Shown: positions 47,142 to 59,830, counted from the stretch's first letter. The stretch: 64,000 bases of DNA from Felis catus (GCF_018350175.1 NC_058368.1:98210001-98274000), one strand, 5' to 3'. Made by a program: numbers and translations. The notes: generated from the letters alone by a model not told the origin.

Positions 47142-50100
47142 ATTTTCCCTTGCTTTGACATAGAATTTATAACACCATGTAAATTTAAGGTACAGAATGT
47201 ATTGATTTGATACACCTATATATTGCAAAATGAGCACCACCATAGTGTTAATTGATATTTTCATCACATAGTTAACACCTTTTTTTTTGTGGTGAGAACA
47301 ATTTAGAATATTTTCTTACCAACTTGTTTATAATACAGTATTACTAACAGTAGTCACCATGCTGTACTTGAAATTGGCAGAACTTGTCGTATAACTGGAA
47401 GTTTATACTCTTTGACCAGCATTTCTCCATCCTTTTCCACCTCCTTTGCCCCTGGTAAACACCGCTCTACTCTCTGTTTCTGTGAGAAACTTTTTTAGAT
47501 TGCACATGTAAGTGATACCATACACTACTTGTCTTTCTCTGTTTGGTCTATTTCACTTAGTACCCTTAAGATCCATCTGTCTTGTTGGAAATGGCAAGAT
47601 GTTGCTCTTTGTCATGACTAAATAATACTCCACTGTGTATGTTTGTATGTATGTGTGTGTGTGTTTATACGTCTCACCTCTTCTTTATTCATTTGTCTGT
47701 TAATGGACAATTAACATTATTTCCATGTCTTGGCTATCGTGAATAATGCTGCTATGAATGTGAACATGCAGATGCTTTTTCAAGATCCTATTTTCATTTC
47801 CTTTGGATATATACCTAGAAGTGGGATTGCTAGATCATATGGTAGTTCTACTTTTAGTTTTTTGAGGAACCACCATACTGTTTTCTTTGGTGATTATACC
47901 AATTGACATTCCCAGCAATAGTGAACAAAGTCATCCCCTTTTCTCCATATCCTTGCCAATACTTGTATCTTGACTTTTTTCGATAATAGCCATCCTAACA
48001 GGTATGAGGTAATACTGCATTGTGATTTTGATTTACATTTCCCTGATGATTAGTAATGTTGGGCCCTTTTTTATGTACCTGTCAGCCATTTGCATGTCTA
48101 CTTTGTGAAAATATCTAGTTATGTCCTCTGCCAATTTTTTAAATTAGATTGTATTTTTGGTATTGAGTTGTATGAGTTCTTTATATATTTTGAATATTAA
48201 TCCCTTCACAAATAGGATTTGCAAATATTTTCTTCCATACTGTAGGTTGTATTTTCATTTTGTTGATTTTTCCCCCCTTTTGCTGTGCAGATGCTTTTTT
48301 AAACGTAGTTTCTCTAACATTTTCTTTATTCCTGTGTGTTGGGTGTCGTATCCACAAGATCATTGCCAACACCAGTGCCATAGAGCTTTTTCTTTTTGTT
48401 TATGTGAAGGAGTTTTACAGTTTCAGGACTTAAATTTTAGTCTTTTATTTATTTGAATAATTTTTGTAAGTGTTATAAGATAGGGGTCTAGTTTTATTCT
48501 TGTGCATGTGACTATCTCTATTATTTGTGGAAGAGGCTTTCCTTTCCTTATTGACTATTCTGAGCTCCTTTGTCACCCATTAATTTACTGTGTACGTGAG
48601 GTTTTATTTCTGGGCTCTCAGTTCAGTTTCATTCATCTATGTGTTTGTTTTTATGACAGTACCATATTATTCTGATTACTATAGCTTTGCTACATAGTAT
48701 GAAATCAGGAAGTGTCAATCCTCCTGGCTTGCCCTTCTCTCTTAAGAATGTGTTGGCTATTCAGTTTCTTTTGTGGTTTCATACAAATTTTAGGAATGCT
48801 TTCTTTCTTCCTTTCCTGTTTCTTTCTTTCACTTTTCTTCTTCCCGTCCTTCCTTCCTTGAAAATGCCATTAGAATTTTGATAGGAATTGCATTGCATCT
48901 GTAGGTTGCATTGGCCAGTTTGGAAATTCTTAAAATATTATTTTTTCCAGTCTGTGAATAGGGAATACGTTTATATTTGTGTTTTCTTTATTATCTTTCA
49001 TCAAAGTCTTATAGTTTTCAGTGTACTAATCTCTAACCTACTTGGTTCAATTTATTCATAACTATTTTATTGTTCTTTGATAGTATCATAAGGGGGTTAT
49101 TTTCTTTTTTTTTTTAAATTTTTTTTTTCAACGTTTATTTATTTTTGGGACAGAGAGAGACAGAGCATGAACGGGGGAGGGGCAGAGAGAGAGGGAGACA
49201 CAGAATCGGAAACAGGCTCCAGGCTCTGAGCCATCAGCCCAGAGCCTGACGCGGGGCTCGAACTCACGGACCGCGAGATCATGACCTGGCTGAAGTCGGA
49301 CGCTTAACCGACTGCGCCACCCAGGCGCCCTGGAGGGTTATTTTCTTTATTTCTGTTTCAGATATTTCATTATTAGTATATTCAATGTAACTGATATCTG
49401 CATGTGGATTTCCTATCCTTCAATTTACTGAATAGTTTTTTTGGTGGACAGTTTAGGGTTTTCTATATATAAGGTCATAGCACCTGCAAAGAAAGACAAT
49501 TGTACTTCTTTCTGATTTGGATTTCTTTTATTTCTTTTTCTTGCCTCATTGCTCTGGCTAGAACTTCTAGTACTGTGCTGGATAGGAAGGTGAAAGTGGA
49601 CACCCTTCTCTTGTTCATGTTCCTAGAGGAAAAGCTTTCATTTATTCGCTGTTGAATATGATGGTAGCTGTGGGTTAGTTCTATGTAGACTTCATAATAT
49701 TGAGCTATGTTCCTTCTATTCCCAATTTGTGAGTGTTTTTTTTAATCATGAGAGGATTTACCATTTGTCATTTTGTAGGTGCTTTCCCTGCAGCTATTCA
49801 GATGATCAGACCACTTCTAATCTTTCATTATACTAATGCAGTGTATTATATTTATTGATTTGCATATATTGAACCAGCCTGTATTCCAGGGATAAATGAC
49901 TTGATCATGGTGTATCATTGCTTTAATGTGATGTTGAATTCAGTTTGCTGACATTTTGTTGAGAAGGTTTGCATTTATATTTATCAGAGATATTGGTCTT
50001 TAGGTCTACTTTCTTGTCATGTGCTTATATTGCTTTGACATCAGGGTATTGCTGGTCTTGTAAAATGAATATGGGGGATTCTCTCCTCTTCAATATTTTG

Positions 50101-52750
50101 GAAGAATTTGAAAGACTTTGAGAAGGATTGGTGTTAATTCTTTAAATATTTGATAGAATTTACAGTGAAACCATATGATCCTGGGCTTTTCTTTGCTGGG
50201 GAACATTTGGTTACTGTTTCAAACTTCTTATTTAGGTTTGGTCTGATCAGATTTTCTTTTTCTTCATACTTACCTTTTGGTAAGTTGTATGTTAATAAGG
50301 ATTTGTTAATTTCCTTCAGGTTAATACAATTTGTTGGTTTAGATTGGCTCATAGTAGTTTCTGATAATCCTTTGTATTTCTCTTCTAACAGTCATAATGT
50401 CTCCTACCTTTTCAAAAAAAAATATTAGTTTTATTCATTCATCTTTTCTATTGTTTTTCTGGTCTATTTTATTCCTTCTCTGATCATTGTCATTTCCTTC
50501 CTCCTACTAAATATTGACCTGGTTTGTTCTTTTTCTATATCTTTGAAGTGTAAAGTTAGATTGTTTACTTGAAATATTTCTGTTAATGTAGGTATTTACC
50601 TCTATAAACATCTCTCCTAGAATTGCTTTTTCAGCATCTCCTACATTTTGGTATGTGTGTTTACACTTTAATTTGTTTTGGTGTTTTCTTTTTTTGTTGT
50701 TGTTTCCTTTGTGATTCTTTGGCCCTTCAGTTGTACAGGATTGTGTTATTTAAATTGCACATATTTGTTAATTTTTCAACATTCCTTTTGTTAACTGATT
50801 TCTAGTTTCATACCACTGTGGTCAGAAAAAAAAATTGGTATGATTTCTGTCTTCTGAAATTTGCTAGGAGTTGTTTTGTAACCTACCATGATGAAGGAGA
50901 TTTCACATACAGTTGAGAACAATGTTTATTCTGTTCCTGTTGGATGGAACGTTCTGTATATATTTGTTATGTCCATTTGGTCTAAAGTATGGTTCTAGTC
51001 CAATGTTTCTTTGCTCATTTTATGACTGAATGATCTTTCCATTGTTGAATGTGGGGTATTAAGGTTGCCTAGTGTTATTGTGTTGTCTATCCCTTCTGAT
51101 CTGTTAGTATTTGATTGATATGTTTAGGTGCTCTGATATTGGGTGCTTATATAATTTTGATATATTTTTTGATAATTTGACCCCTTTAATCATTATGCAA
51201 TCACCTTGGTCTCTAGTTATCGTTTTCATCTTAACATTCATTTTCTCCATTCTTATTCCTTTGTTCCCCTCTAAATGAATAGTTTGGAAGTTTTTGTCTT
51301 CAATATCATTGATTCTTTCTTCTTGATGAAGTCTGATGTTGATTCGCTTATTCCATTCTTTGTGTTTTTCAGCTCCAGACTTTTGCTTGATTCTTTGTTA
51401 TGATTTCTTTCTCTTTGTTAAACTTCACATTTTGTTAGTGTATTGTTTTTCTGAGTTTTCAAATTGTCTTTCTGTGTCTTCTTGTAGCAGACTGCATTCC
51501 TTCAGACACTTTTTTTTTGTTGTTGTTATTCTTTATCTGGTGAATAATAGATCTCTAAGTCTTTGGATTCAGTTAATGCAAGATATTACGATCCTTCATT
51601 CAGGTCCTGTTACCTTAATTTTTCATGTTGCTTAAAGTTTTGTTTTTCTGTCTTTGCATTTGAAGTAGTAGTCACCTTCTCCAGTCTTTACTGTCTGACT
51701 TTGGGAGAGAGATACCTTCTGTTAACCTTAATAGATGTTCAGAGGCTTTCTCAGAACTTATATGGGTACATGTGCTCCATGCTTCTTTCTATCTCTTGAG
51801 GGTAATTCTTAAGGTTGTATGCCTTCTGTGGATCCTGAAATGTCCAGGGCCAAATGTTGACAGCCTCCCTTTTGTTTTCTCAAACATGGTGCTAGAGCTT
51901 AAGTTTGTTGTCTGTGTCTGTCCCACAGATTCAGCTGGCTTTCTGCATACTCTGTAGCCATCTGCTAAAGCCTACTTTCACTTCCTCCACTGGAAGGATG
52001 CACAGGGTGATGGTATGAGTAGTGAGGCATATAGAGTACTGAAGGTGCACATAGATAATTTGGGGATTCTTTGGTTGAGGTATTCCCAGTGGCTCATTTG
52101 CAAGCTTCTTGATGGAGTCTGTCATGCAGTTTGTAGGATCTCTGTTCCTCCAGTGTCTCCCAAGGGCCCTATCTGTTGCTCTATCCACTCCCTAGTCATG
52201 ATTAATTACTTTGGAAGGAATAAGAGGGAAATGAAGAAGCTAGCTGTTCACTCGAATGGTTTCCTTTTCCCCCACAGGAGAAGTTACAGGCTGAGGAAGA
52301 TCTCCCTTGGCTCAAAGCTTTGCCATCTTGGACAAGGGGTGATGCAGGTAAAGTCAAACTCTTTGTTTTGCTTCCTCCAGTGTGTCTGAACTCATACGTA
52401 CGTTTTTTTGTTGTTGTTCCAGTGGTGTGTGGGAGCCTCTCTGAAAACCTGGTCCTTCACAAAGGCTCTTTCATGTGTGGGTTATTGTCTAAGTAAGGGT
52501 TTTCTAGGGGATCCTGGGAGCACAGCAAGGAGGGCTGACCCTGATTTATGGTCCACAGCCAGGGAATGAGGTCTGTTTGCCAGCTACCTGGCAGATGGAC
52601 GGGTGACACTCCTTCCAGGTTTCTTTGCATGCTGTGCTGGATTTCACATTTCCTTTGAAGGCAGTTTTGTCCATCAGTCATGCTGAATGTTGTTGGGTGG
52701 GGGATGGAATGAGGGATATATAATAGTACCATGATGCTGACATCATTTTC
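47142..52750 (-). mobile_element. Decayed, formerly full-length L1 (L1MA-like): 3' UTR, ORF2, ORF1 N-terminal part and 5' UTR
   Basis: ORF track 50134-50352(-) 'NLKEINKSLLTYNLP..KKSPGSYGFT' and 48181-48381(-) 'QPTVWKKIFAN' match L1 ORF2; ORF1-like segment at about 51260-51560; end CCATGATGCTGACATCA resembles the reverse complement of an L1M 5' terminus (TGACGTCAGCAAGATGG); many stops and frameshifts. Confidence 0.92.
49105..49330 (-). mobile_element. Young felid SINEC_Fc inserted in the L1
   Basis: Near-consensus CpG-rich body; TSD GGGTTATTTTCTTT at 49094-49107 and 49335-49348. Confidence 0.98.
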
Positions 52751-52751
52751 A

Positions 52752-53355
52752 CTTTGAGATATTCTTAAATTTCTGTTGAAGTTTATTCTTTGACTCCTGT
52801 GTTACTTAAAAGTGTATACTTGAATCATGCTGTATTTTGGGATTATCCAGTTAACTTTCTGTTACTGATTTCTAATTTAACTCCATTGTGGTCTGACAGC
52901 AGATACTGCTTATGATTTCTGTTTTTAAAATCTGTTCATTGTTATATTTGTTACTTGTGTGTTTTATGGCCCAAATGTGATTTATCTTGGTGAATGTCTT
53001 GATGGAGGCTAGTGAAAAATGTGTATTCTGATGTTTTTTGGATGAAGTAATTTATAGATTTCACTTACATACAATTGATTCATAATGTTGTTCAGTTCAA
53101 TTACATCCTTACTGATGTTCTGCTTGATGGATCTGTCCATTTTTGAGAGAGAGCTGTTGAAGTCTCCAACTCTAGTAGTAGATTTATTTTTTTCTCCTTG
53201 TATTTCTTTTGGTTTTGCCTCATGGAGTTTGAGGCTCTTTTATTAGGTGCATGCACATTAAGTATTGTTATGTCTTCTTGGAGAATTGACCCATTTAACA
53301 TAATGTAATACCTTTCTTTACCCATGATAACTTTCTTTACTTTGATGTCTCTTGT
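52752..53355 (-). mobile_element. Older L1 ORF2 endonuclease-region fragment (L1MC/L1M4-like)
   Basis: ORF track 53101-53364(-) 'KERYYIMLNGSILQEDITILNVHAPN' matches the L1 EN domain motif 'EGHYIM.KGSI.QE..TILNIYAPN'. Confidence 0.9.
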
Positions 53356-53602
53356 ATAGTACATACTGTTTTTATGCAGTCACCAAGTTTGTTGGAGAGA
53401 ACAGTTTGGGAAAGGTTTGCATTGCATTTCTTCTTGACTTCTATTTGTTAATTTCAGTCATTATCAAAGAAGACACAAGGTCTCAGGGCTGAACGCCCTG
53501 AGAAGTATAATTGAACTAGTCTGTTTAAGTATGGCAAGATTTTTAAGTGTTAATCAAATGGAGAACAGATGTCATGTGACTTTGTAATTAAAATTTCTTC
53601 TT

Positions 53603-53815
53603 GGAGCACCTGGGTTGCTCACTCGTTAAACATCCAACTTCAGCTCAGGTCATGTTCTCACGGTTCATGAGTTCGAGCCCCACATTGGGCTGTCTGATGA
53701 TAGCTCAGAGCCTGGAGCCTTCTTTGGATTCTATGTCTCCTTCTCTCTCTGCCCCTCCCCCACTCATACTCTGTCTCTCAGAAATAAATAAAACATTAAA
53801 AAAGATTAAAAAAAA
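53603..53815 (+). mobile_element. CanSINE (felid-type)
   Basis: Head, body, CT tract and A tail; CTTCTT on both flanks. Confidence 0.94.
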
Positions 53816-54429
53816 GACTTCTTAGTCATCCCTTCCTCCTTGGATTTCTTTTCCTTCCCTCTCTTTTTCCCAATAATTATTATCTAATAACTACAGCACA
53901 CTATGGGAATAAAAAATTATTATCTATCAAAAATATAAATGATGAACCTGAATTACCCCAGGTTGGGAAGAAAATAGTAAATGTCCTAAATGTAAAACAT
54001 AGGATTCTATAAAGCTTCTATTGGAAAGGGGCAGGGAGAAAGGAAAGAATATTCTCTGAATGCTGTATCATGTTGGAAAATATGATGCATGTTGGAAAAC
54101 CTTTTTGGCAAAGTAATCAATTTAGAACTTTATATATAATGCACCAATATCAAGTTCAGATAGATTAAATTCTTTTAATAGGTAATTCTTTTGATACTCA
54201 TTGTTTTCCCGATGGTCTATTTGTAATTAGTTTTCTGTTTTCTTTTCGACAAATATTTACCTGGGACACTAATGTAACATAGTTTTTCCTAAACCTTATG
54301 TAATTTGGCAATCCTACATTAATTCTGGTGTATAGTTTTGTTTTTTGAAATGTAATCAGGTTTTCATCGTTTTTGTGTGTATTTTGTTGGATACAGAAGT
54401 TGATTTCCAAGCATCATTTTATTCCTTGC

Positions 54430-55110
54430 TGTAGTAACCATGCAGTTTTGGGAGCTGAGTCCACCCCAAGTGGTGGATGGATCTTAATGAGTCTAAGCCA
54501 GTAGTTCTCATTTCCAGCTCTTATGTTAGAATCACCTGGGAGCTTGCTGACATTACAGATACCTGAGCACCACTTAAAGAGATGAGACCTGATTATAGAG
54601 GTTTCAGTTTGTTTGTTTGTTTGTTTGTGTTTTTAATACTTCACAGATGAGTTTTAAGTGCAGCCAGAGTTAAGAGCAACCAACCTTGGAAACCTATTAG
54701 TTTTAGGTTCCTTGGCTCAAGCTTTCAAGCCTAAGTCCTTACTGACAGCATTGTCCTGGCCACAAGTACAGTTCAGGAATGCACAGATGATCTAGTTTAG
54801 GAAATGGGACCATAGAGGAAATTGCTATGCACTTCTGAGTAAAAATTCCTCACTTAATTTTATTTATTTTTTTAAATTCCTCACTTTAGAGAGAAAGCTG
54901 TTGAAATATTTGATCTCTAATGTGTCTGAGTGTCATCATTTGTATGGTATAAGGCCCGATATTTCTGCATCCATGTTGTTACCAACCCCTATAGATAAAA
55001 AGAGTAGAGAAAAACACAGGGGAATGGGGCAGTTATTGGGTTTATCAGCCCTAAAACTAGACTTACTGCTAACGTTTATGTGTATGAAGTTAACCAGTTG
55101 ATGTCCTCCC
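54430..55110. mobile_element. Possible old ERVL/MaLR LTR relic, split by MER5A
   Basis: GAGTCTAAGCCA..CCTGGCCACA..GTTCAGG.ATG..ATGA.C motifs typical of LTR16/old MLT1 U3; weak. Confidence 0.35.
54499..54680 (+). mobile_element. MER5A hAT-Charlie MITE
   Basis: CAGTAGTTCTCA..TTAGAATCACCTGGGAGCTT..CAGAT.CCTG.GC.CCAC..TGCAGCCAGAGTTAAGA. Confidence 0.8.
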
Positions 55111-57116
55111 ATAAGAACTGGGAGACTCATAGTTTTTATATCGTTGGCTTAGTATCTTAACTATGCCTGATGCAACAATGAATTTTGTCTATAAACACTT
55201 GTATTTAAACCTGGACTTCTCTTTAAATTATTTAATGTATGTATGCCAGAGTAGTCACTCCATCACTGTCTATATTTACAGTTACTTTTATAAAACATTG
55301 TTTGTTTATTCTTAAAAAAATATTTGTTTTTGTTTTTGTTGTTGAGCATATGTCTTCTGCTGTATGTTCTTACGAAGTTCTGCAAGTATAGTGGACACAG
55401 AAACTGGTAAATATTAGAAGCTGAGGTGTTAGAAATGACAGTATTTTCATCCAGCTGCATAATAAGTCTCTCCATAGTATACTGCTTGTTTGAATACTGA
55501 TACTATTACATCATTGGCAATGTCTTTACATGTAACAAGAGAGATTGAAAAAGCAATGCATTTTAGATTGTTACTTTACCATTTTCTATGTATTATTTTG
55601 GCCAAAAAAAAAAAAGGTAGGGAACTGTATGTACCATTTTTCCTTTTTATCATTATGAATCCCCCAAATAAGTTTCTAATCATAACATCAATGTGTGGTT
55701 TTATAAAGTCCCGCTTCAAACCATGAGATTTTCATCGGAGTTGTCTTGTTTTATGGTGAAGCCAGTTTTTTTTTCTTTTCTTTTTTTTGGGGGGGATCTT
55801 CAGATGTGTAAATGTCAGTTAAAGCAGTTAAACAACAAACACACATACTATGTGAGCCAAACAAAACACATCTGGCGTGCTGGCTAACAGTATGTACCCT
55901 TTGAAATAGCTCAACAATTACAACCACAAGCCTGATCCAGGATTGAGGGTCTTCTCTCTGTTTCATCCCCAGCTCTTGCGTAATGTGGACTCTCTATCCT
56001 AAGGTACAGTGGTCACTCATCAGCAACTTCAGCCCACCTTCCTGCCTCCTTGTTTGCTGGGAATTACCAGGTATGAAGAATTCATTAAAAAAAAATGTTT
56101 CCTCTCTGAAGTATGTGCATTCTACATTTTGTTTCCTACTTGTTAGCTTTATAGGTCACTCAAATTAGATCAATGGATTCATTTTCAGATTGAGGGTTGG
56201 ATGTTATTTTAAAGCCTTTCTTTTAAATCTTTGTAATAATTTTTGAAGCTGCCTCCTCCGTACTCGTTATTAATTACATTCTACTGGGAAGTGAAAGTCC
56301 TACCACTGAGCTCTTTAGCTATTATCGATTACAAATTAAATTATATTATACGAGTGTGTGTGTGTGTGCGTGTGTGTAAATTTCTGCATGAATTTTAGGC
56401 CAATTCACAATAACACAGTAGTACAAAAGAAACTAAGAAAGAATTGAACTTTCAAGTAGAGTTGATGGCAAAATCATACTTCATCACAAAAATTTTATTA
56501 GATTTCAAATTTCAGAGTAGAGTGCAAGGTGTTTTTAGCTGAAAAAAGTCAGTCAGATGTGTTGTTCCAAATCAATGACAGCTGAAAGCGTGAGGTCTTC
56601 TTTGATGGCACCAGATAAGGAAATTGTTAGTGCCACTTGCTCTGCCGTTCTGTGGCCTGGCACCCTTGGTGGAAGGGAATAAAACAGTTACCTTCATACA
56701 CTGTGTGCCCTGCTTTGGCGGTAGCGAAGATTGCAATTGTCAGATTGTCTGGAGGACAGACTCTCAAGAGCCTCTTCAGATGTTTTCCATGATTTTATGG
56801 GACAGTTCTGGTACTTTCCAGTCACCACCACAGTGTCAAACTTCATTGTGGGAGAAAAAACAAAACAAAACAAAAACCTGCCATTAAATAAAGACTTGGA
56901 TACAGGGATGATTTTCTCAGTGCTTATTTTTTTTTGGGTAAAATGGCTAAGGATATTTCTTGTAACTCAGTAAGTAGGAGTTCCAGTGAAATCCTAATTT
57001 CCTTTATCTAAAAAAAAATCCCTGGAATTTTAAATTTAAAAAACTAGCACATCATTACACAGGGTAAAAGAATTTATGATGAAAAATGCTTGTCTTTCCC
57101 ACCCTAGATGCTGACA

Positions 57117-57120
<4 letters not shown>

Positions 57121-57158
<38 letters not shown>
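57121..57158 (+). repeat. (AC)19 microsatellite
   Basis: Read directly. Confidence 0.97.
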
Positions 57159-57160
<2 letters not shown>

Positions 57161-58463
57161 AACTTGGATTTTGAATTTTTGAATTTTTAATATAGCCTCC
57201 AAACTGAAAATAAGTGTAAGTTTTTAGTTTCCGAAGAGATAGGCCTATAATTCTTATGTTAGATTTCTAAAATAGAGAAGAGTTAGTCTAACAACCTTAA
57301 GTCCACTCACCTCCCCCTTCACGGTCTCTCAAAGGAGATGAGACTTTTATAGGAGATAGTCTGCACGATAGAGAGTCAAGACATTTGGGTCTTGTGTAGA
57401 ATGTTGTCTTTTCTCTGTTCTCTTCCTTGAAGGATGGTACGAGGGACCCTTTTATCCTCAGGCCAAGCCATGTATATTTCTAGAAGATCTCTCTAAGTTT
57501 TAGGAGGAGTCTTCACAAAGAGGAGGTCATTACCTCAGTTGTCAGCTCAGTGTTTCCTAGACAGGATGCACCTATGTTTATTGGGAGAGAATGTTCATGG
57601 AGCAAATTTCCATGAATCTCTTGGAGATGGGGAGCTCATAAACACAGACAGAGAAGCCTGTCTCTTGCCTGGACCTTCCTCAAGGCAGAAAAAGGAGAGG
57701 AAGTTTCTGTAGAACAGACCTTAATTACTACCAGTTGGGGTTGGGAAGATGTGTGAGTTTATCACAAGCCAAATAGGCAAGGAGGTAACTTGGCTGGAAG
57801 CGTCTTTATGAACTTTTCCCAAAAATTGCTTGGGGATGGCAATGAGAGGACTCTAGTAAGAGGAGGCTTTTGGGTAGAGTAGTAGGGGTAGCAAATGAGC
57901 GAGTCTAACAAGACATCAACTGGAGAAAGCAAGGTGCACATCAGGGATTGTGCAGCATGAAGGTTTTCTTCAGAGAGCCATCGTCCAGCCAACATTACAT
58001 TCAGCACTTGGCTGTCTTGCTGTACCGAGAGCTTATGTCATCAGTCGTATAAGAGACTTTAGCTTCTGTTCTTTGAACCTCACCTCTGATAGTGAGGGAT
58101 GCCCAGAAGCACCAAAGTAGAGGGGGGTGTAGGAGGAGGAGGGTGTGATAAACTATCAAGAGGGAGTGGAAGAGGAGAGTCAGCATCCATCCTGATTGTG
58201 TGGCTTCAAGACACAACACACACTGCAGGTGGGGGATAGGGAAGAACTGTATCCTTAGATGTGGTTTGGACTATAGAATGGACTTAGTTTATAGTCATAT
58301 GAAGAGTTCTTTGAAAAGTATGAAAAGTTAGGAAATGTAATTATTAAAAACACCATTTTCATGAATTGCAAGTGATCCAGAAGCTATGGGGTGATAGGAA
58401 ATGACACCACAAGCACAGAAACATGAAGTATATTCCTGTTTTACCCAATGCTAAACTTAAACT

Positions 58464-58517
58464 TATATATATATATATACATATATATATACATATATAT
58501 ATATATATACACACATG

Positions 58518-58577
<60 letters not shown>

Positions 58578-58739
58578 GAGAGAGGGAGAGAGACTCAAAG
58601 AGAGAATCCCAAGCAGGCTCTGCACAGTAGTGAGGAGCCTGCCCAACTCGTGGGGCTGGAACTGAAGAACCATGAGATCATGACCTGAGCCTAGATCAAG
58701 AGTTGGAGGCTTAACTGACTGAGCCACACAGCCACCCCC
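58464..58739 (-). mobile_element. CanSINE whose 3' part is replaced by an approximately 110-bp (TA)n/(CA) tract
   Basis: Reverse-complement body at 58575-58739; (TA)n at 58464-58574; degenerate TSD CAATG.TAAACT. Confidence 0.9.
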
Positions 58740-58871
58740 ACAATGTTAAACTCTTAACAAGCCATTTGGAAAGCCACGTGGAAAATTTATCTATGTATAT
58801 ATACTAAGCACAAATGTGAAATAGTGCTTGTCATGCCTTGTACTTCCCCTCTAATATATTCTTCCTATCTC

Positions 58872-58890
58872 TTTTTTTAAGTTTATTTGT

Positions 58891-58973
<83 letters not shown>

Positions 58974-59098
58974 TGGGTCAAGGGCAGGGAGAGAGGGACA
59001 CAGAGAATCTCAAGCATGTGTGGCTCGAACTCACGAACCGTGAGATCATGACCTGAGCTGAAGGCAGATGCTTAACCAACTGAGCCACCCAGGCACCC
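58872..59098 (-). mobile_element. CanSINE with internal deletion and (AG)n(TG)n expansion
   Basis: Head ..TGAGCCACCCAGGCACCC; (AG)n at 58896-58929, (TG)n at 58930-58971. Confidence 0.92.
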
Positions 59099-59129
59099 TG
59101 ATTTTGCCTTTTAAATGAGTATGCTACTT

Positions 59130-59475
59130 TAGTTACTGTAATGTTAGCTTCTGTGACAGAGAAGTTTCAGTGGCTTAGCTCATTAAAAGCTTATCTCTTG
59201 CTCACCTGATGAGGAATAAGCTTTCCTCCATGGCCCTTCTTGTAGCAGCCTTGAACACATGACTTCCAAGCTACCTGGATCCCTCTGTATGAAACAGAGC
59301 ATAGAGGTATAATGGGAGGTTTGTGAGGGCTAGGACCTGAGGACGCAAACTCATTCTGTTCACAGTTCACTAACCTCTTGTATATAACCTCACTTGTCTG
59401 TCAGAGCAGTTTGGATATAGAGTCTAATTCTATTAACAGTATGAAGAGGGAACTGCTTTGGTGATTAGCTTACTA
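59130..59475 (-). mobile_element. Old MaLR LTR (MLT1J/K-like)
   Basis: TCAGTGGCTTA..AAAG.TTAT.TCTTGCTCAC..GGGAGGTTT..GGGC.AGG.CCTG. Confidence 0.55.
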
Positions 59476-59514
59476 GTAACTAGGGAGCTGGTGTAGTGAC
59501 ATTTAACCTCAAAA

Positions 59515-59830
59515 TAGTTATAGATTATTCCATTTTATGGCGCTTCCATAATTTATATGACTTGATCCCTGTTGGTGGACATGTAAGCGTTTTCCAGCAT
59601 TTTTCTGTTTCAAACACTGCTGCAGAGAACCTTCTTGGTCTTGAATTTGGTCACCTGTGTATGTCCCTAAGATAAATTCTTAGAAGTAAAACTGCCAGTT
59701 GAAAGAGTATGGGCCATTTTGAAATTTTAGAATTATTGCCCCCTATAGAGATACTTATCAATGACACATCTATCAGTAGTTTATGAGGTTGTCTCTTCTG
59801 CCTATCCCCACCCCACTTTGCCTATTTTAA
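59515..59830 (-). mobile_element. L1ME-type fragment
   Basis: TATTCCATT..CCATAATTTA..CCCTGTTG.TGGACAT..TTTCCAG..GATAAATTC.TAGAAGT. Confidence 0.7.

Noticed and set aside
47142..53364. L1 ORF2-like peptides as a functional reverse transcriptase or endonuclease gene
   Set aside because: Only short fragments stay open, with many stops, frameshifts, a SINE insertion and an internal deletion, so the element is dead.
53481..53503. 9-bp perfect hairpin TCTCAGGGC-TGAAC-GCCCTGAGA
   Set aside because: A stem this short is expected roughly once or twice by chance in 64 kb, and there is no other support.
57290..57730. Possible additional LTR relic
   Set aside because: The composition is suggestive, but I could not identify termini, a TSD or a family match.
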